NCBI RefSeq assembly: GCF_036321535.1
Contig: NC_087437.1
Coordinates: 29,762,001 to 29,826,000, forward strand
Length of the DNA stretch: 64,000 nucleotides
From: Camelus dromedarius
Taxonomy: Eukaryota
Direction: 5' to 3'
The notes below the pieces were generated by a model. The model searched no databases. It was not told the DNA's origin and saw nothing but the letters and a program-made list of their open reading frames with translations. Positions 49,529 through 63,240 of the stretch are shown here, in pieces; within the stretch, counting starts at the first letter, position 1; each line of letters opens with the position of its first letter. Position numbers and translations under genes: made by a program.

Positions 49529-51103
49529 TTCATAGAATAGAAACCACTGTGGCAGAACTGAACACTGCACACAGCCTCTGACATAACCAGCTCAGCCATG
49601 TTTGAACTCCAGATACCCTCTACAATACTACTTAGAAATGTCTAAATAGTTATTGATATGGTCTGCAAATAACGTAAAATTATACAAATTCTTTAAAGAG
49701 ATAATATGAAAATCAGTTTTATTATAATTATAAATAATAATAACCTGATCAAAAGTAAAATGACAAGGTATGAAAACTAATTATAGATTTACATTATTTG
49801 AAACACACAGCTTACCGGTTGCATTGGTATGATACAGTAGTTAAATGCATTATCTTTATTAACAGCCTACCCAGGTTAAAATCTCCATTCTGCTACTAGC
49901 AAAAGTGTGAATTTAGACAACTCAGTCTCTCTGTGTTAAATTTTCTTCTTCTTTACAATGACAATAAATATCAGTGTTTGAATCACCTCATAGATTTGTA
50001 AAGAATTAAGAAGTTAACACATGTATCACCTTCATTGCACTGATTCATACATTGTAAGTGCTCTTTAAAGGTAATGCATTCAGACAGTCAAAGACTTTTA
50101 ATGAAAAAAACCATTTTAAATAAATATTTTAAGATTAAATACAATGGAGGATATTGGATGAATATTGGAGAATACCGGATATCAGCTTACATGACAAATG
50201 TAGCCTAAGCCTCACATTTTTATTAAGGACCTTCTGACTCTAAAAAAACAAACAAAAAAAACCACTAGAAGAAAGAAATTTTTTTTAATTCTACAAGGGA
50301 CAGGATGAATAAGTAATTATATGTACATAATTTTTAAATTTTTACTATGGAAAATTCCAAACATAAATTTTAAAAAGAATAATACTATTAACTCTCATGT
50401 TATCATCATCCAACTTAAGTAATTATCAACTTTTTTGCCAGTCTTGTATCATCTCTTCCATACACTTTTTTTTCTGGTTAACATATTTTAAGGCCTATTC
50501 CAAGCAATGTAAGTGACATGATATTGATGCTAATAAATAATTACCATTTAAAACTGATTTTTTTAATTTAAGGCCATCATTAAATATGTATTTATTAAAT
50601 ACCTACTATGTGCCAGGCATATAGGTAAATATGATATGATATGATAAAAATTGGATATGCTCTTCCAAACTCCATTAATGCATGTTTATAGGCCAAAAAA
50701 ACTTAGCATAAAAATAAAGTAAAATTTGTGTGAAATTGTAATAGCAAATTGAAAAAAATCAGAGACATTAATCTATCTCTGTCAGTTTTCTATAGACTAA
50801 GTTAACAAATATAAGGAACATTATATAATTAAAAGCTTGATTAGTATATGTATTGAGCTTTTTGTCACATAGACATTATATATTCTTTTCAAAAATCTAT
50901 GGAGCGTTTACAAAATGTTGTAAAGAAAGCCTTCATAGATCTCAAATAGTACAACTAGTAAAGGGATGTTCTTTGACTACAATATAATAAAAGTAAATAT
51001 TTGTAAAGCAAAGAAATACATAAACAAGAAATAGAAGTTCATCTATAAGCTAAAAATAGACTATTTCTGTAACTATTGAGTCAGAAATTGAAAGCTTCGA
51101 TAA

Positions 51104-51729
51104 TGCTATGGAGCCTAGGTAGGGGTCAGCTTGCCCAATACACAGCAAAGCCCATCTGCTGACACCTGTTGTGATAAAGAAAAGTAGTAGTGTTTATTGC
51201 AGGGTGCCAAGCAAGGAGAACAGGCAGCTAGTGCTTAAAAGACCTGGACTCCTGGAACTCCCTGATGGCTTTCAGGTAAAAGTTTCTAAAGGCAGTGTGA
51301 GGGAGGGGGTCGTGGAGTGGGGTAGGTGATTAGTTTGTGCTCAATTCTTAGATTGGTTGGCATCAAGGTGAAGCTTAGAGCATCCTCAATCTTCTAGTTC
51401 CAAGCAGTCTGGGGTCTACGTGCTTGCAGTCAGCAGTTTTCATTTGGTGGGGGTCTGCTTCCTGCAAAAACAATTTAGGAATGTGTCTCAGACCTTTATC
51501 TGTATCTTTCAGAGAACTGGGAGTTCACTGACTCTGCTGCCTGGCTGATTTATAATCTAAATTGTTACCAGTTTCCCTGCCCAACAGTTACTCTTTGTTG
51601 CGACATCTTCACATTTCCTAATGATTAACTCTTGAGCCAGCCTTTTGCGACTCAGGGGAGGCCTGGGAGACCAAAGCAAAAGCCTTTTACTTCAAAGGAG
51701 AGAATCACAGGTGCTTTTATATGGTTTAA
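51104..51729 (-). mobile_element. ERV1-class solo LTR
   Basis: 'tgtttattgcagggtgccaagcaaggagaacaggcagct...gaactccctgatggctttcagg'. Putative 4-bp TSD ataa at 51100-51103 and 51730-51733. Confidence 0.8.
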
Positions 51730-51864
51730 ATAACAGACTAATTAGAAAACAGTAGTAACAAACAAACATGACAACACAAAATTTGAATTTATGAAAGTAT
51801 GCTTGGAACAAAATGCATGTCTTTCAATGTTTTTATTTTTCAATTAGAATTGAATGAAAACATG

Positions 51865-52725
51865 TGTGCTGGTTACCTATTGATTGCCTCTTATCTCCAG
51901 ATTCACCCTTTTAGACCGCTCTGTGAGAACGGACCAGGGCCCTTTAAATATTTTTTCTTTGCTAGCTGGCACTGAAGTTGTATCAATATAGAGTGCTGTA
52001 GAAACATTGCAGAAGGAGTTTTGGTTCCTGGTTCTGGCATCCTTGTTAGGCAGGCTCCTGCAGTGTAAGTGGGTGGCTTTCTTCAGCCCCAGTCTCCAGC
52101 AGCACGTAGTGTCTTGAGGCCTCAGCTTCTGCAGTGCATGGCAGCTTAGCAGCACCCAGAGGTCATCTACTCCCCACCTCCCCCACACCCTCCCTTTCAG
52201 GTTTTGTAGAGGAGCTCTTCTGCGTCCTGCAGTGCTGGCAGCTTCTCTACCCAGTGTTCTTCTCCTGGGGTGTGCAACTGCTAGCAGTTCCCCATGGCCA
52301 GGAGCTTGCCATAGCACCCACCTTGGGTGGTTCTGCAGCAGCGTGCCTCCACACCTCCCTGTGAATAGCTTTCCCTGAATTTTTACAAGTTTCAGAGGAC
52401 AGATTTCTAACAAGTTTCACCAGCACAGCAATACAATGACTTCCTGCCATCCAGTGAGCCAAGGTGGCACCCTCTTCAACAAGATCTGGGTCTCAGCACC
52501 CCACTGCCACCACCCCGTTCTTGCTTAGGTGTCCATCTTAACCCCAGGGGTGGGGGCTGCTCCTTATATTTGCTATTCCTGTATTCTTTAGAGTCCTCTT
52601 TACTTGTTACTAGACAATCCATAAGTAATTTCATCCTTTGTTGTGGTTAATAATTCTTTATACTAAACTTTCCCATGTAAATTATTATTTGCTTTATGTC
52701 TCCTGATTGAATCCAGACTGATACA
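51865..52725 (+). mobile_element. ERVL-class LTR (LTR33/41/50-like)
   Basis: TG...CA. Terminal 'tgtctcctgattgaatccagactgataca', with a GC-rich repetitive interior. Confidence 0.7.
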
Positions 52726-53894
52726 CAGTGTGAACAAACTGTTCAGTCCAAGAAATTAGAAAAAGAACAAAACAAATAAAAGAAAAACAAAGACATTAAA
52801 GATAAAAAGAGAAATCAATAAATTAGAAAAGAGAGAGTCAGTAGGATTTATAAATAAACTTGAGAAGCATTTGGAAGACAATGCCAAATTTAAACAGACA
52901 ACCTTATATGGAAATGTTAAGGAAATAATAATGCAAAAATGCAAAATATTAAAAAATGGAACAGAAAATATAACTGATATTAGAAATAGAGGCAGTTAAG
53001 ACAGTAAGAATTAAATGAATCTAGGAAAATACAAAACCAAAAACTGACTCAAGAAAAGCTATAAAATCCAAATAATTGAAAAACCCTAAAAGGAATATAT
53101 AAAAATAACCCCCCAAAAATGCATTTTATCAATTAAAAAAATAACCCTCCAAAAAGTCTGATTCAAGCAGTTTCATCATTAACTTTTCCAGCTTTCAAAA
53201 AACAGGTAAGTGTCTTGTGCTATTTAAACTGTCTCAGAAGATTGAAAAAGAAGGAAAGTCCTACTCATTTTAAGAATTTTATAGGAAGAAGAAAGAAAGG
53301 AAAGAAACTATATTTGTTGCAGTCCCCCTGACTAGCGCCAAAACACCTATACTGTAAGACATGCCCTCTGGCCATAACTGTCCCAGAAGAAGACATGGGT
53401 AGTTTTTAAAATCATAGAATGGGATAGGCCTTTTTAATTGTGACATAAAAGAAGATACTGAAATATTTTATTCAGATCAGTAAAGCAATGAGCACACAAA
53501 CAGCCAAAAGAGACAAACTAGAGAAACATTTGTAAAACATATGATCAGCAAAGGACTATTTTTCTAGTTATGCAAGGAGCTCATATTCAGCAAGAAAAGG
53601 ATTAACCACCCAACATAAAAATACAAAAGGAATATGAACAATTAGTTCATTATATATATATATATATAAAATAATACATATATATATATAAAATAAATGC
53701 ATACACGTTAGAGCTTTAGCCAGGAAAATCTCCTCTTTTTGCTTGTTCAAATTCTCTTTATCACAGCCTCAAGAAAGCTTTTCAGTCTTCCTAGAGAATT
53801 CCTTTATCATCCCTAACTAGATATTCAATATTAATATCCTCTCTATTCACCCAGAAATACTAAATATTTCTTTGAGCAAAATGAGATCAAAGAG

Positions 53895-54075
53895 TCACCT
53901 GCATTAAACTCACCTGAATACTTTATACAATTCAGATTCATGGGCACTGACCCAGACCACAAAATGAAAATCTTCTGGAGACCGGAAGGCCATGGTGGCC
54001 CAGGTAGGAGCTGACTATGAGTGCTTTGAAGATCCTTCTCAGGAGATTCCTATGTGCACGTGACTTTGAGACTTC
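53895..54075. mobile_element. MER5A-like MITE
   Basis: 'cacctgcattaaactcacctg...cagattcatgggc...caggagattcctatgtgcac...tttgagac'. Confidence 0.65.
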
Positions 54076-55322
54076 GGCACCTTTGAATCAGTAATAAAAT
54101 GGTTACCTTTGTATAGAGTTTACAGAGTGTTTTCCACAAGCACTTTCTAATTCCATATGTATGTTCGATCTAGGTGACTGTCAGGTCTGATATTACTAGC
54201 CCCACTTAAGGAAATAAAGTTCAGGGAGATTTAGGGACTTGCTCAGAGACTCACCTAGAAAATGGTGGAGCTGAGATTCTGTCTTTTCACACCTACAAAC
54301 TCCGTCTCCACCCCTCATAAAAATTCCCTAAAATTCATGATTCTTTATGTTTGTAGAATGGACTCATGGAGGTTCTTCAGAACAAACCGATGACAACAGG
54401 CAGAAATAGCAGTGGTGAAGGTTGAGAGCACCTCGGGAACCCGTGGCTCTAGAAGGAAAGAGCTGGTCTCACAGATGAGGAAACTGATGGACAAAGAGGT
54501 ACATGACCACACAGCTGTCCCTAAAGAAGGCTGGGCGAGGGACACACCATTATAGGAGGAGACAGGAACAGGAGTCAGAGAAACACTCAGAGAAGATGAG
54601 GTGGCCAACTTACAAAGAAAGGGAGGTGCATCTGAAACACAACCTGAGTTGAGCACAAGTTCAGAGGTGCCTCAAGAACAGCTGGGCCAAAGCCCATCAG
54701 TGGCAGAGGCAGCAGCAATCCTAAAAGCAGCAACAATGACCCCAGGTAGCTGACAAGGAGCCAAGCACATCACCCAGAGCCTCTGCCTCTGTGGATCTCC
54801 TAGTCTGAGGGATTGCAGGTTTCTGCAGCCCCTTTCTACCCAAGTGCTTGAGAATCTCCACTGCAACACAGCTCACTCTCTCCACCCACACCCAGGCCGG
54901 GGACCCCCAGTGCACAGACCCCAGGAGAGGTTCTGGTAGACTCAGCCCCAGACTTGCCCTCTGATTTCTATGTCAGGGACTTCATGCTACTGTCAGAATG
55001 TCTCCGGGCTTCACAGTCTTCCCTTCAGCTGCAGACCCCTTCAGTGACGTTATATCAATCTCATCTCTCCTCACCTAGCCCCTGTGACACCTCAGCTTTC
55101 AGGTGGAGCTGGCTGTCTACATGGAACTATCCCAGCACTGGAGCATTTCTGAGTCATTAGAAAAGAGTCTGTCCACTGAAACAACCTGCTGATCTCCTAG
55201 GGAAATCATGACAAAACTCTATGTCACTGTATGTTGGTGAGATTTGTCCATATTGTGCCTGGAGGTGCCCTTTGTTCGTTTTCATTGTTGTATAGAATTC
55301 CATGGTGGAAATACAATGCATT

Positions 55323-55877
55323 CTTTTTTTTTTTCTTTATTGAAGTATAGTCAGTTTACAATGTTGTGTCAATGTCTGGTGTACAGAATAATGCTTCAGT
55401 CATACATATACATGCATATATTCCTTTTCATATTCTTTTTCATTATAGTTACTACCAGATGTTGAGTATAGTTCCCTGTGCTACACATTAGGACCTTGTT
55501 GTTTATCTATTTTATATATAGTAGTTAGTATCTACAAATCTCAAACTCCCAGTCTATCCCTCCCTACCTCCTTTCCTCCCTGGTAACCATAAGTCTGTTT
55601 TCTATATCTGAGTCTGTTTCTGTTTTGTAAATAAGTTCATTTGTGTCTTTTTTTTTTTTTTAGGTTCTACATACAAGTGATATCATATGGTATTTTTCTT
55701 TATCTTTCTGTCTTACTTCACTTAGAATGACAATCTCCAGGTCCATCCATTGTTGCTGTAAATGGCATTATTTTATTCTTTTTTATGGTTGAGTAGTATT
55801 CCACTATATTTATGTATCACAACTTCCTTATCCAGTCATCTGTTGATGGACATTTAGGTTGTTTCCATGTCTTAGCT
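55323..55877 (-). mobile_element. 5'-truncated young L1 with perfect 12-bp TSD
   Basis: atacaatgcatt at 55311-55322 and 55878-55889, T tail at left, inserted in an old antisense L1ME. Confidence 0.95.
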
Positions 55878-56120
55878 ATACAATGCATTTAAAAATTCAT
55901 TCTTCTGTTGGTAGATAATTGGGTAGTTTTCAGTTTTGTACTGAATTTACCATAGTCATTACTTTTAAACTTATTGTGAGTCACTAATATGCACACATAA
56001 TAAAATAAATCAATGAGTACACAAGGTTTGTGAGCAAGTATACCTCTATTCAGAACCCATACCCCACCACTGCCGTACTCCAGTCCTCTCCCCCCAGGTA
56101 GCCATAGGTAGCAGTTACTT

Positions 56121-56890
56121 TTTTTCTTAATTTTTAAGTTTATTAGTTGTTGAAGTATAGTTGATTTATAATGCTGTGTTAGTTTCTGGTGCATAGAAAA
56201 GTGATTGGGACATATATATTCCTTTTTAGATTCTTTTCCATTATAGTTTATTACAAGATATCAGATATAGTTCCCATGGTATACAGTAGGACCTTGTTGT
56301 TTATCTGTTTTATATATAGTAGTCTATATCTGCTAATCCCAAATGCCTACTTTATCCCTCCCCCACCCCCTTTCCTCTCTGGTAACAATAAATTTGTTTT
56401 CTATGTCTGTTTTGAGTTTGTTTCTGTTTTGTAAATAAGTTCATTTGTATCTTTTTTTTTAGATTACACACATAAGTGACATCATATGATATTTGTCTTT
56501 CTCTATGAGACTTACTTCACTTAGTATGATAATCTCCAAGTCCATCCATGTTACTGTGAATGGCATTATTTTATTCCTTTTTACAGCTGAGTAATGTTCC
56601 ATTGTGTGTGTGTGTGTGTGTCTGCGTGTGTATGTACACCAGATTTTCTTTATTCATTCATCTGTTGATGGACATTTATGTTGCTTCCACGTGTTGGCTA
56701 TTGTAAATCGTGCTTCTATTGAACACTGGGGTGCATGTAACTTTTCAAATTAGAGTTTTCTCCGGATACATGCCCAGGAGTGGGATTGCTGGATCATATG
56801 TAACTCTATTTCTAGTTTTTTAAGGGATCTCCATACTGTTTTCCATGGTGGCTGCACCAAACTACATACCCACCCTTTTTCCCACACCCC
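56121..56890 (-). mobile_element. 5'-truncated L1 (somewhat older) with degenerate 15-bp TSD and internal (TG)n
   Basis: aggtagcagttactt (56106-56120) / agttagcagtttctt (56891-56905). (TG)n at 56603-56631. Confidence 0.9.
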
Positions 56891-57663
56891 AGTTAGCAGT
56901 TTCTTATATGTCCTTCAGGAGATGTTCAGTCATGTGCAAACACATAGGAATTATGTATGAATCCTGTTTTAATTATTTTGTGCTGCTGGGTTAACAGCAG
57001 AGGCTGCAGATTTCTAGGGTGGGGATGAGGGGCTGTGATCTGGATCAAAGACAAAGTGACAACCTCTCCCAAGCTCAAAACCGGGTGAGAAGAAGCTGGA
57101 AGGGCAGGACCCTGACAAAGCTTCTGCAGCCCCAGGCTGGCTCTCCAGGCTGGCGCAAGCAGCCTAAGAGTTGTTCGGATGCTGTGTGGAGGTAGCATTG
57201 GCCTCTTTGGGATCCAGGTTGCACCTCTCCCACCTCAGCCCAAGCTTCAGATGGCATATTTGTGTAGAGGGCCTCACTTCCCGTCCTTCTACCACTTAAA
57301 AATAAATGAATGCTGACATCATACCACTTCCACGTCCTCCTAGATGTCCAGGAAGTTCCCTCTCCTCACCGGCACCATTACACTCTGTGGGGCATCCCTG
57401 CTCCTGCACAGCTAACCCCTTCCTTCTCCTATCCTCCTTTAGTTTAGCTTTCTTGGGTGCAACATTGGGTCAATCTCTTATCCTCTTCTGTTAGCTCCTG
57501 CCCTACCTTAGGTCTTCTTTGCTTCAGGCTCCCTTGTAGGTCCAATAGCCAGTGCTCTAGGAAAGGTGTTTTAGATCCATAACATCAGCAGCCTTGGGAG
57601 ATCAAGTTAATATACCTATTCTATAAATATTCCTCCACTCTCCACTATAAGTCTCTCCAAAGC

Positions 57664-57790
57664 CAAGTTGACAGATTTAACAAATAAAAATACAGAACGC
57701 ACAAATGTGAATTGCAGATAAACAGTAAATAATTTTTTAGTGTAGTATGTCTGATACACTCTTTAATTTGTACTTAATCTGCCAACCCTA
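57664..57790. mobile_element. MER53-like hAT MITE, internally deleted
   Basis: 'gttgacagatttaacaaataaaaatacagaacgc...tgaattgcagataaac...atctgccaacccta'. Confidence 0.8.
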
Positions 57791-58927
57791 TCTCAAAACC
57801 CAGCTGAGCAGTTAAGTTAAACAGTCCTTCTAATCTGCATGTCTTTGCCCTAAAAACAAAGTTCTAATCCTCCCTTCAATGACTGTGGCCCAGGCACAGC
57901 AAAATACCCCATCAATTTTAAAACTGGGCATTTTGGGTACTCCTTCTTGGGCCAGCACAGGAAGTATTTCAGAGCGGTTGCTAGGTGGCAGATCTCAACC
58001 CTGGAAAGCATTTTTCAAATTCTATTAGTACTGCTTGGTAATGAGCCCAAACGTGTATGGTTTATAGAGCTTTACTCTGTTGCCATTTTTCTTCCAATTT
58101 AAAATCTGTACAAAACTGAGTTTAAGTAATACTTCCAAAAAGCTTTGTCTTTGAAGCCAAATGCCAGAATGTCTAGGTAAACACAGAATTTGGTGATCAC
58201 AGGTTTAATTTATTTCAGCTATTTTTCCCTGCTGAATTTTTGAGATTGGTAAGACTGGATTTCTTCCAAACAAATCTGGGCAGGAAAAAACTTGAAAGTA
58301 TCGGCCAGTTTTAAGTATCCCCAGATGATTCTCGAGATAGTTCTACCTGGAAAATGGAGTGCACACCACAGAGGGATTTGGTTTTTTTTTTGTTTGTTTT
58401 AATCTTGAGTTCTTTTGCAAACACCGAATACTTGACACAAAAGGAACAGTGTGGCCTATTCCAATAACTCTTTGTTCGAATTACTTAACAAACTTCATGA
58501 AACAAGAGCTGTGATCTGACATATCATTTTGATAATTCAGAGAAAGAGCAAGAGCCAGGAAAGGACAGCAAAGAAGCGGCATCGTCACTGGGAAATTATC
58601 ACCAAAGGAAATCGGTGATAGTGGTGATGGCACCCCTGACCCAGTTTCCCCAAAAAGGAACAGAACTCTGTTTAGAGTACATTCCCCATATTTCACCGTT
58701 AACGTGTTAAGAGCAGACTCCTAACTACACATAACAGAAGGAAACCGTACCTGTATCTTTGTTCAATGAAGTGTTCTCTTTTATTGCCTTACCTACGTAT
58801 TGAGGAATGGGAACAAAGCTAAGAATTATGGAAATTTAGAACTAAAAGGAACTTACTGATGCTCAGATTTTACAAGGAAATAATTTAATGTTTATCAGTA
58901 GGAAATTTGCTAATAAATGATGTACAA

Positions 58928-59008
58928 TTAGATGGAACCATATGGAATTGTTGGTATTTGACTGCTTTTGACTTACAGAAATGGCAATTCCATTTGATTC
59001 TACCTAAT
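58928..59008. mobile_element. MADE2-like mariner MITE (~80 bp, long TIRs)
   Basis: 'attagatggaaccatatggaattg...caattccatttgattctacctaat' imperfect inverted repeat. Confidence 0.85.
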
Positions 59009-59078
59009 GCTATGCAGATGTTAAAAAAAAAAATACATGGTGGTTCTATAAGTGTTGGTATGGAATGATATCCCAGGT

Positions 59079-59752
59079 AATAGATTTACCATAGGATCCA
59101 GCAATCCCACTCCTGGGCATATATCTGGAGGGAACTCTAATTCAAAAAGATGCATATACCCAATGTTCATAGCAGCACTGTATACAGTAGCCAAGATGTG
59201 GAAACAACCTAAACGTCCAGTGACAGATAGCTGGATAAAGAAGTTGTGGTACATTTATATTGGACTACTACTCAGCCATAAAAAAGAATAAAATAATGCC
59301 ATTTGCAGCAACATGGATGGACCTGGAGAGCGTCATTCTAAGTGAAGTAAGCCAGAAAGAGAAAGAAAAATACCATATGATATCACTTATATGTGGAATC
59401 TAAAAAAAAAAAAAAAAAAAAGACACAAATGAACATATTTACAAAACAGAAACAGACTCACAGACATAGAAAACAGACTTACAGTCACCAGAGGGCAAGA
59501 GGAGGGGTGGGAAGGGACAAATTGGGAGTTTGAGATTTGTAGATACTAACTACTAAATATAAAATAGATATACAAGAAGTTTCTTCTATATAGCACAGGG
59601 AACTATATTTAATATCTTATAGTAACCTATAATGAAAAAGAACATGAAAAAGAATATACGTATGACTGAAATATTACGCTGTACACCAGAAATTGACATA
59701 ACATTGTAAACTGACTATACGTCAATAAAATAGGGGAAAAAAAGAAAAAAAT
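59079..59752 (+). mobile_element. 5'-truncated young L1 (ORF2 tail, 3'UTR, A tail) inside an old L1ME 3' end
   Basis: Encodes PMFIAALYTVAKMWKQPKRP. 3'UTR matches the other young copies. AATAAA at 59724. Confidence 0.93.
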
Positions 59753-61399
59753 TTTAAGATACGGAACACTGTTATAGGATACTAGTATGTTTATAGGTAT
59801 CTAGTGTATGTGGAGATATATATGCTTATTTATGTCCCACCATAAATCTGAAAATTTATGAAATACAACAAACTGTTAACAGTGAATGCCTTTAGAGGGC
59901 CAAGTAGGAAACTATGGACAAGAACAGGAGATATTAGATATTTTTTACTTTTGTACAATCCCAATTTTAACCATACGAATGTATTTAAAAAAACAACAAA
60001 AAAAGACCAAACCACCAAAGAAACTACTGTTTAAAGAACTGAAGGGTCAGTTCAAGCCATGTAGTGACGTCACACTAGAACCCATTGAAGAAAGTGGCTA
60101 CTCAGTTGCTTATCTTATCCCTACAATTCCAAGAACAACAGTGAACAGTAGCTCCTGGGGCCTACCCAGTTCTGGGCGTCACTCTCTGCACTGACCTTGA
60201 GGCTTACCTGGGATCTTAATCATTCTAGTTAAATGGAGAGCCTCCCCTCAAAACATGTGTCACTGGCAGGTTGATAAATCAAATGTGAATCATTCTCCCT
60301 GCAGTTGTGAATTAGCAGATTGGACGCTGCCGGCAAGGACTGGCAGTGGCAAGAAAGAAGAGACCGAACAAATCTTATCATTCCCTAAGGTCCTGTCAAG
60401 AAGAGCCCTCTGAGCCATTTTCAACAAGTTCTAATCCTTTTCTCATTATGATCTTTCATGTTCGCCCTACAGTTGGAAATAACAGAATTTTATTCTACTT
60501 ATTTGCTGTTCAAGATAGGGGGAAAGTTAATTAGGAATTAGTTTTTGTACAGTTATCTGTCCAGATCTCCCCTCTCCCCATCCCACTTCTGTGTCCCATT
60601 TCCCCTAACCATTGGAATGGCCACATCCAAATTATTCTAATCTAACCAGTGTTTCTCAACTGAGGTGGAGGAACAATTTCATTTTGCAGTTGAAGAAACT
60701 ACAATCTTAGAGATTGGTGACTTGTCCTCATTCCCACAGTAAGAAAGTGGCAGACACAAACTGAAACTCAGCCGCCTGAATTCCAGCCAAGTATCCCCAG
60801 TCTTGAAATAAATCTGCTTATTTCTCCCTTTACCTCCAACAACTGCCCTATTTTCTCCTCCCTTTTGCTGTCACAATTCCCACACTTGCAGTTAAGTGCC
60901 TGTACTAAGCTTGCATGCTGACTGTTTTCTCCAGAAGCCCTGCCGGTTGGATTCCATGACCACCAAGACAGTGAGCAACATCGGTAGCATCAGATGCTAC
61001 CTGGAGTTGGTCTTTCCTGATTGAATGTTAGCAAGACTATGGCAAGGACAGTTAGCAGAATCATGGCTACTTTCTTTACCACTGTATTTACAGCGAGCCC
61101 AGAGCTTGGCACCAACCAGGAGCGAAATAAATACTAGATGATGAATAGGGTTACTAATCCGATTCTCCTTACACAAACTCTTCCATTCTAAGGCTTTTGT
61201 GTTTCTCTTCCTAATTGGATGACCCCTCTTGCTCTGCCTCCTCTTCCTCTGGGAGTTATCATCAACTGATCCATCTGTTCATTACTGAAGCACTATCGGA
61301 GATAGAGAAAACATTGACATTGGGGTGCTTACATTTTATTTGTGGGAAAAAATGAAAATAAATGAATAATGAAATCACAAATAATATAATAGTGTAATA

Positions 61400-61580
61400 G
61401 TTATGAGGCAGATTGGAGCCAGACTACATGGGGACTGAACCTCTCTGGGTTTTAGTTTCCTTGTCTATAAAATGCAGACAGTGGTAGTTCCTACCTCATG
61501 AGGTTGTTGTGAAGGTTATTTAATACATTTGAAGTACTTCAAAGAGGGTCTGTTATATTTTAAGTGCTCAAGAAATGCTT
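61400..61580 (+). mobile_element. MIR fragment
   Basis: 'tttagtttccttgtctataaaatg...cctacctcatgaggttgttgtgaagg'. Confidence 0.8.
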
Positions 61581-61779
61581 TAAAAAAACACAAGGTAATA
61601 TATAAATCATTGTAAGTGCTGTAAAAAGTCTCTTAAAGAATTTTTATTTCCCAATGAGAACTAATCAATTCTCAAAACCTCCTTTTCAGATATCCCTTCC
61701 AGATTTTTCTTTGTCATTTTGACTTATCACTTGATTGTACCAGGGCTACTAAGCCTTCCAGGACGTTTAAGATACCTGA

Positions 61780-62065
61780 GAAAGGGAGAACTGAGGAACC
61801 AGCACCAACCAACAGTCAGACACGTGGGTGAAGCCGTGTCCTTGCGATCCAGCCTACCCCAGAGCTGGCTGTGGCAATGTGGGAGAGCCCGGAGAGGCCC
61901 TCAGAAGAAGCGGAAGAACTCACCACACCAGCCCACAGATGGTGAGTAACAATAAATAATAAAATTTGCTATGTTAAGCCACTAAGTGGTAAGGTGGTTT
62001 GTTTCACCGCAAAGCATAACTGAAATACCACCTTTAATTTTGGTACCAGAGGTAGACATGCTAAC
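61780..62065 (+). mobile_element. MaLR LTR 3' half (MLT1F-like) followed by the start of internal sequence
   Basis: 'ttaagccactaagt...gcataactgaaatac', then 'ttttggtaccagagg' resembling the MLT1-int start. Confidence 0.7.
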
Positions 62066-62149
62066 ATTTGAGTATTACAAACCTGGTATTGAGTATTTAT
62101 ACATAGCTATTTGCATTTTTAAAAACTCAGAGTAAGACTTTCTGCACAA

Positions 62150-62830
62150 TGTGTTTAAAAGTAGCTTTTCTCCCCCATTTACCATATTTTCAATTTTTGT
62201 ATGAGTAATTATATATCGACACTATTATTTTTGGTGGTTGCATTTTACATCACGATTTATTAATGAGTCCCTTACCAATAAACAGTTTGCTTCTAATTTT
62301 TTGCCACCATTAAGAAATGTTTGACAGAGATCTTTGAACATATGCCTCTTTGCACACAGCAAAGATTACTTCCTCAGGACTATTTCCTGTATATGGAATT
62401 ACTAGCTTGAAGATTTGCCTGTTTTCAAGGTTTTGATTAAATGTCATCTAATTGCTCTTCAGAAAGGTTGTTTACATTCTTAGGGTGAATGAGTCAGAAC
62501 TCTCTTTGCCTGCACTTTTACCAACAGTGTTTTTTTTTTTCCTTAATCTTTGTTGATCTAATGGATAAGAAACTATGATCTCATTACTGTTTTAATTTTG
62601 TTATTACTATTGGGGCTGAGTGTATTTTTATGTATAGTAGGCATGTGTGTCATTTCTAAAATTCGTATCATTCTTTGCTTATTTTTCCAGTTATCTTTTT
62701 CTTATAGATTTGTGAATAATAGTTATTAATGCTTTGGTACATATATATTTAAATATTTTTCTCTTATTTCCCTCTAAGAGAAGATTTCCCTCAGATTTTA
62801 GGGGTTTATGTGGACTTTTTTAATACACAA
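62150..62830 (-). mobile_element. Old antisense L1ME 3' region
   Basis: 'ttgctcttcagaaaggttgt', 'ccaacagtg', 'gatctcattactgttttaatttt'. Confidence 0.75.
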
Positions 62831-63064
62831 ACAAATCTGCTTATTTTATTTATTTAATCTCTGAGACTGGTGTTATCAAATTTATTGTTTAAAAGATAGA
62901 GAAGTTTAAATAGTTTCAGAGAGTGTCAGATGTTATCCAAGTAAAATCCAGACCCCTTGGTTTATGTCACACACCACATTCTATTCTACCCATATTTAGC
63001 CAAATTAATCTCCCACAATTTCTAACTGCAAATTCTCTATTCTTGTGAGTTTAGTTTCTGGTAT

Positions 63065-63240
63065 GTGCAGCTTGTGAGCTCTGGAGTCTGACAGACTTGA
63101 GTTAGGATTCTGACTCAAACACTCAGCAACAGTATGAGAAGAGCTTTTAGAGCTTCAGCTTCTTCATAGTTAAGTGGAGACAGGATTAATGGAAGATTAA
63201 ATTAGTGCCTGAAATATAGTTGGCACTTAATAAATCTTAG
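63065..63240 (+). mobile_element. MIR fragment
   Basis: 'gctctggagtctgacagacttgagttaggattctgactc...ggcacttaataaat'. Confidence 0.7.

Larger units (their letters stand above)
50690..53720 (+). mobile_element. Old L1 ORF2 remnant interrupted by two LTRs
   Basis: 'tattcttttcaaaaatctatggagcgtttacaaaa', 'gttctttgactacaatataataaaag', 'aagaaattagaaaaagaac', 'aaaactgactcaagaa'. Confidence 0.75.

Noticed and set aside
51877..52413. 178-aa minus-strand ORF
   Set aside because: Lies inside the GC-rich interior of an ERVL-type LTR and has no gag/pol/env motifs.
58928..59008. Long hairpin as a novel miRNA or ncRNA gene
   Set aside because: Explained by the terminal inverted repeats of a MADE2-like mariner MITE.
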